A stretch of DNA of 64,000 nt from an uncultured Clostridia bacterium (lineage in GTDB: Bacteria; Bacillota; Clostridia; TANB77; CAG-508): positions 20,499 to 84,498 of the forward strand of contig CANRHX010000001.1 of NCBI GenBank assembly GCA_947630545.1. The letters run 5' to 3'. Below the pieces are notes generated by a model, which was not told the origin of the DNA, did not search any database, and worked only from the letters and a program-made list of their open reading frames with translations. Below, one piece after another: positions 50,647 through 60,451 of this stretch. A program made the position numbers and the translations under genes. Numbering within the stretch: the stretch's first letter is position 1; each line of letters begins with the position of its first letter.

Positions 50647-51876
50647 ATGGAACTAAAGACAAATTATCAATATACATATTTTATACATCCTTTCATAGTA
50701 AAGGAACAAAGATATTCAAAATATTTATTAAAAATGTTAAAAGATAAAAACTGTAAATTGAAAATATATAAAAAGGAAAAAGATTTAAATTTATATAAAT
50801 ATTTTCTACCAGAAATTAGAAATTTCTTATTTTCTAGTTTTGACTTTACAAGCAATAAATTAAAAAGTTTAGAAACTTTGCCATTAGACACTCAAGCAGC
50901 AATCTTAGCAAAGTATTCTTGTACTATGTTTGAGTATAATTTAGAGAAAGTTATACAAGGAAAAACCGATGAAGAAAAAGGAATATTTTTTGATATAAGT
51001 AAAATAGAGATAATTTGTTTTAATACAGGAATATGCTTTTTATGTATAAAAACAAATGTAGAAAATACAAATCTTTTTGATGATATTTTAAATTTTAATT
51101 ATAAATTTAGAGATATAAATCAAGAGTTTAAACCAAAACAATATGATAAAATAAAAATACAAACAGGAGCATTTTCAGATGTAAAAAAATTTACAGATTT
51201 AATAAAAGACATAACAGGTGCAAATTTTGATGCAGTAAGATATGACATAGATACAGAAAGATTTTTAACATATTCTTATGCTTGTGTGGAGCAAGATTAT
51301 TGGAATGAATATAGAAAATTCGAAAATATTGAACATTACTTTATAAAGTTTTCAAATATATTGCCTGCTGATGATTTTACTAATTTTGTGAAAGATGAAT
51401 CAGTTTCAATTTCAGAATGGAAATATGCCAAAATAGGATTAACAAAGCAAGGTGTCACACTATTCTCATCTGCAACAGAAATGAATAATTTTACTATTTT
51501 CCCTGAAGAATTTGAAACACAATATTTTTATACATATATATTAAACTTGTATAAAAAGATATATTTAAATAAGTTAAGTGTAGAGTTTAGTAATTCAAAA
51601 AATATTAAGAATACTAGAAAAAAATTTATAGAATTTACAAAAAATATATGGATACAAGAAATTACACAAGATGAGGCTGGAACTATAATAAATCGTAGAT
51701 TAAATGAGATTCTTGAGCTAGACGCATTGTATGCATATACAAAAAATAAATATGATATATTATATAAAGATTTAAATATAGAGAAAAATTCAAAGATAAC
51801 AGTTGCATTAGCAATTATACTATCAGTTGCTATAGCACTTAATGTAGTAAACTTTGTGCAATTATTAAATAAATAA
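50647..51876 (+). CDS. hypothetical protein with C-terminal TM anchor
   Basis: 409 aa. The single C-terminal TM is 'ITVALAIILSVAIALNVV'. No recognisable domain. Confidence 0.4.
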   Translation: MELKTNYQYTYFIHPFIVKEQRYSKYLLKMLKDKNCKLKIYKKEKDLNLYKYFLPEIRNFLFSSFDFTSNKLKSLETLPLDTQAAILAKYSCTMFEYNLEKVIQGKTDEEKGIFFDISKIEIICFNTGICFLCIKTNVENTNLFDDILNFNYKFRDINQEFKPKQYDKIKIQTGAFSDVKKFTDLIKDITGANFDAVRYDIDTERFLTYSYACVEQDYWNEYRKFENIEHYFIKFSNILPADDFTNFVKDESVSISEWKYAKIGLTKQGVTLFSSATEMNNFTIFPEEFETQYFYTYILNLYKKIYLNKLSVEFSNSKNIKNTRKKFIEFTKNIWIQEITQDEAGTIINRRLNEILELDALYAYTKNKYDILYKDLNIEKNSKITVALAIILSVAIALNVVNFVQLLNK

Positions 51877-51881
51877 AATCT

Positions 51882-52100
51882 GTGTCAATGGTTCCGTGTG
51901 TCATTGGTTCCGGGTTTGCGTGACACACATTATATTAATTTTGAAATACTTGGTGTCGCAACTTCCAAAATAAAAAACTAGTTTGTAAGTTGCTCCAATT
52001 CGCACTCGTTGCACTCGTTTGATCGCTTACGCGTATTTCAAAATTAATATAATGTGTGTCACGCAAACCCGGAACCAATGACACACGGAACCATTGACAC
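51882..52100. repeat. composite 218-bp palindrome: 68-bp perfect inverted arms (REP-like units) around an 83-bp unique core
   Basis: The left arm 51882-51949 is the exact reverse complement of the right arm 52033-52100. The core 51950-52032 is GC-richer and has its own sub-palindromes (gcaactt/aagttgc) and a direct repeat (gcactcg twice). Confidence 0.8.
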
Positions 52101-52131
52101 AACATTTTAATTTATGGAAAGGAATATTTAT

Positions 52132-52599
52132 ATGAATATAGCATGTGGCACAGACATAATTGAAATTTCACGAATCAAAGATGCAATTATATCTGATGCA
52201 GGTGAAAAATTTTTAGAACGAATATATACTAAAAAAGAAATAGAATATTGTGAAAGCAAGAAAGAACAAAAATATCAACATTATGCAGCTAGATTTGCTG
52301 CCAAAGAAGCAATATTCAAAGCCATTTCTGGAAGACTAAAAAATAAATTTAATATAGAATGGAAACAAATAGAAATACAAAATGAAGAAACTGGCAGGCC
52401 ATATGTCACAATTCATAATGAAGTTTCTAACCAAATAGAACAAATTGACTTAAGCATGTCACATTGCAAAGAATATGCAACGGCAAATGTTATAGTAAAT
52501 TTTGTGTGTCAATCAAACCCGGAACCAATGACACAAAATGTGCCACCCAAACCCGGAACCAATGACACAAAATGTGTCAATCAAACCCGGAACCGATGA
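52132..52599 (+). CDS. acpS: holo-[acyl-carrier-protein] synthase (C-terminus extended into the repeat array)
   Basis: 'MNIACGTDIIEISRIK' is the AcpS signature. The conserved body ends at about 52500. The last 33 codons are a translation of the REP-like repeats. Confidence 0.7.
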   Translation: MNIACGTDIIEISRIKDAIISDAGEKFLERIYTKKEIEYCESKKEQKYQHYAARFAAKEAIFKAISGRLKNKFNIEWKQIEIQNEETGRPYVTIHNEVSNQIEQIDLSMSHCKEYATANVIVNFVCQSNPEPMTQNVPPKPGTNDTKCVNQTRNR

Positions 52600-52605
52600 C
52601 ACAAA
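52504..52605. repeat. REP-like palindromic tandem repeat, 3 units, orientation B
   Basis: Three units, including gtgtcaatcaaacccggaaccaatgacac, lie between acpS and tatD. Confidence 0.85.
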
Positions 52606-52606
52606 T

Positions 52607-53398
52607 GTGGAGTTTTTTGATTCACATTCACATTTAAATGATGAAAAGTTTGATGAGGATAGAATTGATCTAATAAATCAATTTAAAAAAGAGAATATAA
52701 CTAGGTTTATAACTAATGGATATAGTTTAGATAGTTCAAAAAAAGCAATAGAAATTGCAAAGAGCTGCGATTTTACATATGCAACAGTTGGGATTTCACC
52801 AAATGATATTCCACAAAATGAAGATGAATTGTGGAAACAACTTGAGGAGATTAAAGAATTAGCTAAAGATAAAAAAGTGGTTGCAATTGGTGAAATAGGC
52901 TTAGACTATTATTGGAATAAGGATAATAAAAATTTACAACTGGAAGTATTTAATAAACAAATCGAAATTGCTAATGAGTTAAATTTACCTATAGTAATTC
53001 ATACAAGAGATGCAGTTATGGATACTTTACAGATTTTAAAAGATAATCCTGTTAATAATAAAGGGGTATTTCATTGTTGCCCATTAAATAGAGAACTAGT
53101 AAAAGAAGCTTTAAAGCTTAACTTTTATATTTCTTTTTCAGGGGTGGTTACTTTTAAAAATTCAAAAAATGCAGATGAAATTATTAATATGGTACCAAAC
53201 GATAGATTCCTCATCGAAACTGATAGCCCATATTTAGCTCCAGAGCCTGTTCGTGGAACAAGAAACACACCAATTAATGTTAAATTTGTCGCTGATAAAG
53301 TTGCTAGTGCTAAAGGGATTTCAATTGAACAGGTTGCAAAGTTTAGTTATGATAATGCCAACAGATTATTTAAAAATAATATTCATAAAAATTTTTAG
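52607..53398 (+). CDS. tatD: TatD-family metal-dependent hydrolase/DNase
   Basis: The start 'FDSHSHL' is reached from a GTG at 52607. Also present are 'AIGEIGLDYYW' and 'IVIHTRDA'. The track ORF starts inside the repeats. Confidence 0.75.
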   Translation: MEFFDSHSHLNDEKFDEDRIDLINQFKKENITRFITNGYSLDSSKKAIEIAKSCDFTYATVGISPNDIPQNEDELWKQLEEIKELAKDKKVVAIGEIGLDYYWNKDNKNLQLEVFNKQIEIANELNLPIVIHTRDAVMDTLQILKDNPVNNKGVFHCCPLNRELVKEALKLNFYISFSGVVTFKNSKNADEIINMVPNDRFLIETDSPYLAPEPVRGTRNTPINVKFVADKVASAKGISIEQVAKFSYDNANRLFKNNIHKNF

Positions 53399-53574
53399 CA
53401 ATCATATAATATAATAAGACATATAGTTTTATTAAGAAATGCGAAAGTGGTAACATAACAACAATTTGGACAAATCTTACGGAAACAAAGGATTCAGAAA
53501 ATATTGGAAAATTTGACAAATTTGGAAAAATATAGTATACTATAGATGTTGCCAAAAGGAGGTAATAATTTATT

Positions 53575-54570
53575 ATGAAAAAGAAAAGCCAAGAAAAAGC
53601 TTCCCTTTCAATAATGAAAATAATATGCATAAGTATAATGTTAATACTTATATCTGGTATAGGTGTTATGGCAGTAAATGCACAACTAAATGATGTAAAA
53701 ATAATACTTAAAAATGGATATGAAATGACGGCATTAACATCAAAAACAAAAGTATCTGAAATATTAGAAGAAAACAATATAATACTTGAAGAAGATGAAA
53801 AAACGGTTCCAGGTTTAGACGAAGAAATTGAACCAGGAGCAACGATAGAAATAAAAAATAAATCTGAAAAAGAAATTCAAATAGCTAAAATATCTGAATC
53901 TGGTGTGCAAACATCATTAGATGATTTACTAAAAAATTATGAACCAATAACAGAAAAAATAGTTGTTGAAAAAGTTAAAATACCATTTGAAACAATTACA
54001 AAACAAGCAACAGGTGCAGGTAAAGAAAAAAGAACAGAAGTTATTCAACAAGGGAAAGATGGATTAAAAGAAATAACATATAAAATTAAATATCAAAATA
54101 AAGTAGAAATTTCAAAAACAAAATTATCTGAAAAAGTAGTTAAAAAGCCAGTAAACAAGATAGTTCAAGTTCAAAAAATAACATCTAGATCTTTAACTAC
54201 TTCAAGAAGTACAGCAGTGTCTTATGGCGGAGGAAAATGGAGTTACTCAGCAAGCGATATGGACTTGTTATGTGCCATAACTGCACAAGAATGTAGTTCA
54301 AGCTATTCAGGAGCTTTAGCTGTTATTACAACAGCTTGCAACAGAGCAACAAAAAGAGGAACAGATCCATTAACAGAATATAAAAGACCAGGTCAATTCT
54401 GTTATACAATAGATAGTAATTGGAGAAGAAGATTGAATGGAAATTATTCATCATCTGTAAAAAAAGCAGTAACAGATGCCTTAAATGGTGCAAGAAATCA
54501 CAATTATTATTCATTTAGAGCTGCTGGAACACATTCAGGTACATTAATAGGTGGAAATGTATATTTTTAA
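53575..54570 (+). CDS. cell-wall hydrolase with G5-type middle region and C-terminal SleB-like (Hydrolase_2) domain
   Basis: A signal/TM is followed by a DUF348/G5-like region ('KEKRTEVIQQGKDGLKEITYKIKYQN'). The C-terminal 'LLCAITAQECSSSYSGALAVITTACNRA...PGQFCY' resembles the SleB cortex-lytic family. Confidence 0.55.
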   Translation: MKKKSQEKASLSIMKIICISIMLILISGIGVMAVNAQLNDVKIILKNGYEMTALTSKTKVSEILEENNIILEEDEKTVPGLDEEIEPGATIEIKNKSEKEIQIAKISESGVQTSLDDLLKNYEPITEKIVVEKVKIPFETITKQATGAGKEKRTEVIQQGKDGLKEITYKIKYQNKVEISKTKLSEKVVKKPVNKIVQVQKITSRSLTTSRSTAVSYGGGKWSYSASDMDLLCAITAQECSSSYSGALAVITTACNRATKRGTDPLTEYKRPGQFCYTIDSNWRRRLNGNYSSSVKKAVTDALNGARNHNYYSFRAAGTHSGTLIGGNVYF

Positions 54571-54636
54571 AAATAACAAAAGCATATTCTCTAAAATTGA
54601 GAAATATGCTTTTATTATTAAATTAAGGAGAAATTT

Positions 54637-55392
54637 ATGGAATTAATATCATGGAATGTAAATGGAATAAGAGCATGTGTAAATAAAGGATTTAAGGAAT
54701 TTTTTGAAGAAAAAAATGCAGACATATTTTGTTTGCAAGAAACAAAATGCCAACAAGGTCAAATTGAATTAGAATTTGATGGATATTATAGTTTTTGGAA
54801 TAGTGCAGAGAAAAAGGGCTATTCTGGCACAGCCATATTTACGAAAAAAAAGCCACTTTCAGTAAATTATGGGATTGGTATAGAAGAACATGACCATGAA
54901 GGAAGAGTAATTACTTTAGAATTTGAAAAATTTTATATGGTAAATATATATACTCCAAACTCAAAAAGAGAACTAGAAAGACTGGACTATAGATGTAAGT
55001 GGGAAGATGAAATTAGAAAATATTTGTTAAACTTAAATAGAATAAAACCTGTAATTATGTGTGGAGATTTAAATGTTGCTCACAAAGAAATAGACTTAAA
55101 AAATCCGAAAACTAATAGACACAATGCAGGATTTACAGATGAAGAAAGACAAAAAATGACTCAACTTTTAGAAGCAGGATTTATAGATAGTTTTAGGTTT
55201 TTATATCCAGATAAACCTGATCAATATAGTTGGTGGTCTTACATGGGAAGAGCTAGAGAAAAAAATATTGGGTGGAGAATTGATTACTTTATAGTTTCAA
55301 ATAATATTAAAGAAAATATCAAAGACGCATATATATTTCCAGAAGTTATGGGAAGCGATCATTGCCCTGTAGGATTAAATATAGATTTATAA
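54637..55392 (+). CDS. exoA: exodeoxyribonuclease III
   Basis: 251 aa. 'MELISWNVNGIRA', 'CLQETK' and the C-terminal 'GSDHCPV' are present. This is the ExoIII/Xth family. Confidence 0.85.
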   Translation: MELISWNVNGIRACVNKGFKEFFEEKNADIFCLQETKCQQGQIELEFDGYYSFWNSAEKKGYSGTAIFTKKKPLSVNYGIGIEEHDHEGRVITLEFEKFYMVNIYTPNSKRELERLDYRCKWEDEIRKYLLNLNRIKPVIMCGDLNVAHKEIDLKNPKTNRHNAGFTDEERQKMTQLLEAGFIDSFRFLYPDKPDQYSWWSYMGRAREKNIGWRIDYFIVSNNIKENIKDAYIFPEVMGSDHCPVGLNIDL

Positions 55393-55497
55393 AGTGTGTC
55401 ACTCAAACCCGGAACCGATGACACAAAGTGTGTCACTCAAACCCGGAACCGATGACACAAAATGTGTCATTAAAACCCGGAACCAATGACACAAAAA
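55391..55497. repeat. REP-like palindromic tandem repeat, 3 units, orientation B
   Basis: gtgtcactcaaacccggaaccgatgacac occurs twice, followed by gtgtcattaaaacccggaaccaatgacac. Confidence 0.85.
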
Positions 55498-55515
55498 TGA
55501 AAGGATAGTTTAAAT

Positions 55516-56646
55516 ATGAATGAAATAAAGAAGAATGGTAAAAAGTGGTCTTACTGGTTTATATTAGGAATAGCAATAATTACATTCTACAAATTATTAG
55601 ATAATTTTCCAGATATAATGGGAGCGATAAAAAACTTTTTTAAAGTATTAAGTCCATTTTTTATTGGGGTACTAATTGCATATATTTTATACATACCAAG
55701 TAAGAAGCTTGAAAGAATGTTAAAAAAATCAAAAGTTAAATTTATAAAAAACAAGGCAAGAACTTTTAGTATAGCAATTTCATACATATTTTTTATAATT
55801 ATTGTTGTAATAGTTTTAAATTTTATTTTTCCTGTATTAGTAGAGAGTTTAACTGAATTGATTTCTAATATTCAATGGTATACTGATGTTACAATACAAA
55901 AATATCAGAATTTGCCTGAAGATTCATTTTTAAAAAGTGATGTTGTAACTGATTTAATACGAAATGTACAAAATATTGATATACAACAATATATAAATAT
56001 TGATAAAATTGGAGAATATGCAAAAGGCGCATTAGATTTTGTAACAAGTATAATAGATATATTTGTGGCAGTTATAGTTTCAATTTATATACTTTCTGAA
56101 AGAGGAAGAATTATAAACTTTTTTGAAAGATTTTTAAAAGCAATTTTAGGAGAGAAAACTTATAAAAACATAGATAAATATTTTAATAATATAAATGAAA
56201 TATTTTTTAGTTTTTTAAGTAGCCAATTAATTGATGCTATAATAGTTGGAGTTTTAACTACTATAGCTATGAGTATAATGGGAATAAAATATGCACCATT
56301 ACTAGGCTTTATAATAGGATTATTCAATATAATTCCGTATGTTGGTGCAATAATTGCAGTTATAATTTCTGCTATTATTACTTTAATTACAGGAGGAATT
56401 ACACAAGCTATTTGGATGCTTGTTGTTGTTATTATTCTGCAGCAAATTGATGCAAATGTTATTAATCCTAAAATTGTAGGAAATACATTAAAAATCAGTC
56501 CATTGCTAGTTATGTTTGCCATAACTATTGGTGGAGCTTATTTTGGAATACTTGGAATGTTCCTAGCTGTTCCAGTTTCAGCTGTTTTCAAAATTTTAGT
56601 AGAAGACTTTATTGCGTATAAAAATGCAAATCAAGAATCACAATAA
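55516..56646 (+). CDS. AI-2E family transporter (PerM/YhhT-like permease)
   Basis: 376-aa polytopic membrane protein with the typical AI-2E topology and a Gly/Pro-rich C-terminal TM region. Confidence 0.7.
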   Translation: MNEIKKNGKKWSYWFILGIAIITFYKLLDNFPDIMGAIKNFFKVLSPFFIGVLIAYILYIPSKKLERMLKKSKVKFIKNKARTFSIAISYIFFIIIVVIVLNFIFPVLVESLTELISNIQWYTDVTIQKYQNLPEDSFLKSDVVTDLIRNVQNIDIQQYINIDKIGEYAKGALDFVTSIIDIFVAVIVSIYILSERGRIINFFERFLKAILGEKTYKNIDKYFNNINEIFFSFLSSQLIDAIIVGVLTTIAMSIMGIKYAPLLGFIIGLFNIIPYVGAIIAVIISAIITLITGGITQAIWMLVVVIILQQIDANVINPKIVGNTLKISPLLVMFAITIGGAYFGILGMFLAVPVSAVFKILVEDFIAYKNANQESQ

Positions 56647-56713
56647 ATAACTGAATATTTATCTTGAAAAATTTATAAAATGATATATAATTAGGAAGAA
56701 AAGAGGTGATATA

Positions 56714-57388
56714 TTGGAAAGATTTGAAAAATTAGAAAAAGAAATAGGGTATAGTTTTAAAAATAAAAATTTGTTAAATACAGCATTAACCCATACATCT
56801 TATGCATATGAAAAAAATGTTGAAAGTAACGAAAAACTAGAATTTTTAGGAGATAGCATATTAGAATATATTTCAAGTAAATATATTTATGAAAACTTCC
56901 CAAAATTAAAAGAAGGAGAAATGACTAAAGTTAGAGCTGCTGTTGTTTGTGAAGAAAGTTTATATAAAATTGCAAAAAAGCATAATTTTAGTGATTTCTT
57001 AAATTTAGGTAAATCTGAAAGAACAACTTGTAAAGAAGGCAGACCCGCAATACTTGCAGATAGTGTTGAAGCTGTAATTGCTGCAATGTATATTGATGGG
57101 GGATTAGAGCCAGTAGAAAAATTCATTATTAATAACCTTGCAGAAGAAATAAAAATCGAAGCACATCATGTTGGAGAGAAAGATTATAAAACTGTACTTC
57201 AAGAAAAATTGCAAGTTAAGGGAGATGTAAAAATAGAGTATATACTAATAAAAGAAACAGGACCAGATCATGACAAAAGGTTTGAAGTAGAGGTAAGATG
57301 TAACGGAAAAAAATTAGCAGATGGAATAGGAAAGAGTAAAAAATCAGCTCAAATGGATGCTGCAAGAAAAGCTATACAAATAATTTAG
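56714..57388 (+). CDS. rnc: ribonuclease III
   Basis: The RNase III signature is 'ERLEFLGDSILE'. A dsRBD is at the C-terminus. The start is TTG, with RBS AGAGGTG. Confidence 0.9.
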   Translation: MERFEKLEKEIGYSFKNKNLLNTALTHTSYAYEKNVESNEKLEFLGDSILEYISSKYIYENFPKLKEGEMTKVRAAVVCEESLYKIAKKHNFSDFLNLGKSERTTCKEGRPAILADSVEAVIAAMYIDGGLEPVEKFIINNLAEEIKIEAHHVGEKDYKTVLQEKLQVKGDVKIEYILIKETGPDHDKRFEVEVRCNGKKLADGIGKSKKSAQMDAARKAIQII

Positions 57389-57403
57389 TTTAGGGGTGAA
57401 AAT

Positions 57404-58459
57404 ATGACGAAGCAATATGTTATACCAATTTTTGTACCACATTTAGGATGCCCAAATGACTGTGTATTTTGCAATCAAAACAAAATAAGTGGACAAAAAA
57501 CTAATGTTACAAAAGAAGATGTAAACAAAACAATTGAATATTATTTAGAGCATATAAAAGAACCTGATAAAAACATAGAGGTAGCATTTTTTGGAGGTAG
57601 TTTTACTGGAATAGAAGAAGAAGTTCAAAACGAATTATTGGGAGCGGCATATGAATTTATAAAAGCCGGAAAAGTCGATAGTATAAGGATTTCTACAAGA
57701 CCAGATTATATTAATAAAGATATTTTAAAAAGATTAAAAAAATATAAAGTAAAAACAATAGAACTTGGTGTTCAATCAGCAAACGATTATATATTAAAAA
57801 AATCAGCTAGAGGTCATACATTTGCCGATGTTAAGAAGGCTTCAAAATTAATTCGTAGGTACGGTTTTAGACTTGGACATCAAATGATGGTAGGATTGCC
57901 AGATAGCACAAAAATTGATGAAATAAATACAGCTAAATCTTTAATAAAATTAAGACCTAAAATGGTAAGAATTTATCCTGTTTTAGTAATAAAGGGAACG
58001 AAATTAGAAAAAGATTATGAGAATGGCACATATAAACCACTTACAGTAGTCCAAGCTGTAGAAATATGTAAAGAATTAGTTAGAATGTTTGATAACAGGA
58101 ATATAGATGTAATAAGAGTTGGACTTCAAAATACAGATGAAATAACAAATCCAGAACTTGACAATAGTGAAGTTGTAGCTGGACCATTTCATCCAGCTTT
58201 CAGGCAATTAGTAGAAACAAGCATGTGGTATGATGCTATAGTTGAAAAAATAAAAAAGTTAAATGTCAAAGTTAAAAAAGTACAAGTTGAAGTAAATTCT
58301 CAAGATGTAAACAATGTTATTGGACATAAAAAAGAAAATATAATAAAACTTAAAGATACATATGATGTTGATTTGATTGTAAATCAAAATGATGAGATAA
58401 AACAAGGCAAATTAAAAATAGAAGTAATAGAAACATATTCAGATTTTAAAAATGAATAA
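57404..58459 (+). CDS. radical SAM protein (ELP3/YtqA-like)
   Basis: 'CPNDCVFCNQ' is a CxxxCxxC motif. 'GGSFTG' and a TIM-barrel pattern are present. It follows rnc. Confidence 0.7.
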   Translation: MTKQYVIPIFVPHLGCPNDCVFCNQNKISGQKTNVTKEDVNKTIEYYLEHIKEPDKNIEVAFFGGSFTGIEEEVQNELLGAAYEFIKAGKVDSIRISTRPDYINKDILKRLKKYKVKTIELGVQSANDYILKKSARGHTFADVKKASKLIRRYGFRLGHQMMVGLPDSTKIDEINTAKSLIKLRPKMVRIYPVLVIKGTKLEKDYENGTYKPLTVVQAVEICKELVRMFDNRNIDVIRVGLQNTDEITNPELDNSEVVAGPFHPAFRQLVETSMWYDAIVEKIKKLNVKVKKVQVEVNSQDVNNVIGHKKENIIKLKDTYDVDLIVNQNDEIKQGKLKIEVIETYSDFKNE

Positions 58460-58519
58460 CAAAATTATACATGTATAAAATTACCTATATTTACAAATAT
58501 TAAATATAGGTGATTTTTT

Positions 58520-59371
58520 ATGCATATAGAAGAAAAATCAGGAATTAAAGATTTTTTAATAGAATGTGTAGGTACAATAGTTGGAGCAGCTGTTATGGCA
58601 GCTGGAGTATCATTCTTTTTATTACCGAATCAGTTGTCATCAGGTGGATTTAGTGGAGTTGCGACAATTGCATATTATCTTTTAAAAATTCCAATGGGAA
58701 CTGTAATACTTGTATTAAATGTGCCTTTTTTTATATTTTCAATATTTAAGTTAGGAAAAAATTTTTTTATTAAATCAATTATTGGTACAGTTTCGCTATC
58801 TTTACTTATAGATTTTTTTGATAAGTTCGAACCTTTAACAGATGATAGATTTTTAGCATGTATTTATGGAGGAATTATAACTGGACTTGGAAGCGCAATA
58901 ATTTTAAAAGTTCGTGCATCAACAGGAGGTTCAGAATTAGTTGGTAATATAATTAATAGTATTAATCCTAATATAAGGATGAGCAATATTATAATGGCTT
59001 TTGATACTCTAGTTGTTACATTGAATGTAATATTTTTTAAGGAAATCGAAATTGGACTTTATTCTGCAATTGCAATTTATTTAATGGGAAAAATAATTGA
59101 TATTGTGTTTGAAGGAATTTATTTTACAAAACTTTTAATTATAGTGTCAGATAAAAATGAAGAGATAGCTAAAAAAATAGGTGATAATGTAAAAAGAGGA
59201 ACGACTGGACTTTATGGTAAAGGTATGTATACAAATTCTGAGAAGTTAGTTCTTATGTGTGCTGCTTCGCGTGGAGATGTAGCTAAAGTAAAAAGTATAG
59301 CGAGAAAGATTGATCCTAAAAGCTTTATTATAATAACTAATTCAAGGGAAGTTGTGGGATTAGGTTTTTAG
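58520..59371 (+). CDS. YitT-family membrane protein (DUF161/DUF2179)
   Basis: 283 aa. It has multiple TMs and a C-terminal soluble domain typical of the YitT family. Confidence 0.6.
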   Translation: MHIEEKSGIKDFLIECVGTIVGAAVMAAGVSFFLLPNQLSSGGFSGVATIAYYLLKIPMGTVILVLNVPFFIFSIFKLGKNFFIKSIIGTVSLSLLIDFFDKFEPLTDDRFLACIYGGIITGLGSAIILKVRASTGGSELVGNIINSINPNIRMSNIIMAFDTLVVTLNVIFFKEIEIGLYSAIAIYLMGKIIDIVFEGIYFTKLLIIVSDKNEEIAKKIGDNVKRGTTGLYGKGMYTNSEKLVLMCAASRGDVAKVKSIARKIDPKSFIIITNSREVVGLGF

Positions 59372-59484
59372 TAATATAAGTATTTTGAAAAATGATAAAT
59401 TTTTCTAATTAAATTATAATGTGAATTATCGACATCTAGGTAAATTTAAGATATAATAGTGTTAGGAATAATAAGGAGAATAAC

Positions 59485-60384
59485 ATGGTAGAACAAGAGT
59501 ATATTTTGAAAAATGTAAAATCATTTGAATTGAAAGACATATTTGATTGTGGACAGTGTTTCAGATGGAATGAAGAAATTGATGGAAGTTATACAGGGGT
59601 ATTTAAAAGTAATGTTATAAATGTTCAAAAAAAAGGTTCTGATGTTTACTTTAAAGGTGTTTGTGATAATGATATAAAAACAGAAATAGAGAATTATTTT
59701 GATTTAAATAGAGATTACGAAGATATAAAAAAAAGACTTTCAAAAATAGATGGAAATATGAAAAAGAGTATAAATTATGGAAAAGGAATAAGAATTTTAA
59801 ATCAAGATTTATGGGAAACAATTATATCATTCATTATTTCTGCTAATAACAATATTCCAAGAATTAAAGGGATTATTGAAAGACTATCAAAAAAATATGG
59901 TAAAAAAATTACTTGGAACGGAAAAGAATATTTTACATTTCCAACAGCTAAAGAATTAGAAAATGTTACAGTACAAGAATATAGACAACTTGGACTAGGA
60001 TTTAGAGATGTAAGATTATATGAAACAACAAAAATGATTTTAAACAATCAAGTTAATTTAAGTGATTTATATAATGAGCCTGATACAGCAAAAGTAAGAA
60101 ATCAGTTATTGAAACTTTCTGGAGTTGGACCTAAAGTTGCTGATTGCATTTTATTATTTTCAGATTTAAAAAGATTTGATGTTTTCCCAATTGATGTTTG
60201 GGTAAGACGTGTTATGAATGATTTGTACATAAAAGAAGATGATGAAACAAAAGTTAGTAAAAGGAAGATTGAAATTTTGGCAAAAGAAAAGTTTGGTGAC
60301 TTATCTGGAATTGCTCAACAGTATTTATTTTATTGGAGAAGAGAGATTACAGTTAATGTAATAAAAAATAAAAAAAGTGGATAA
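59485..60384 (+). CDS. ogg: 8-oxoguanine DNA glycosylase / HhH-GPD family DNA glycosylase
   Basis: The HhH-GPD motif is 'LLKLSGVGPKVADCILLFS', with a catalytic Asp downstream ('FPIDVWV'). Confidence 0.7.
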   Translation: MVEQEYILKNVKSFELKDIFDCGQCFRWNEEIDGSYTGVFKSNVINVQKKGSDVYFKGVCDNDIKTEIENYFDLNRDYEDIKKRLSKIDGNMKKSINYGKGIRILNQDLWETIISFIISANNNIPRIKGIIERLSKKYGKKITWNGKEYFTFPTAKELENVTVQEYRQLGLGFRDVRLYETTKMILNNQVNLSDLYNEPDTAKVRNQLLKLSGVGPKVADCILLFSDLKRFDVFPIDVWVRRVMNDLYIKEDDETKVSKRKIEILAKEKFGDLSGIAQQYLFYWRREITVNVIKNKKSG

Positions 60385-60391
60385 TGATAAT

Positions 60392-60430
60392 GCCAAGTAT
60401 TATGGAAAGTCCTTTCCCATAATACTTGGC
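60392..60430. terminator. bidirectional hairpin terminator between convergent ogg and response-regulator genes
   Basis: An 18-bp near-perfect stem (gccaagtattatggaaag / ctttcccataatacttggc) is flanked by A/T runs. Confidence 0.55.
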
Positions 60431-60451
60431 AAAGTCAAAATATTTATTTTT

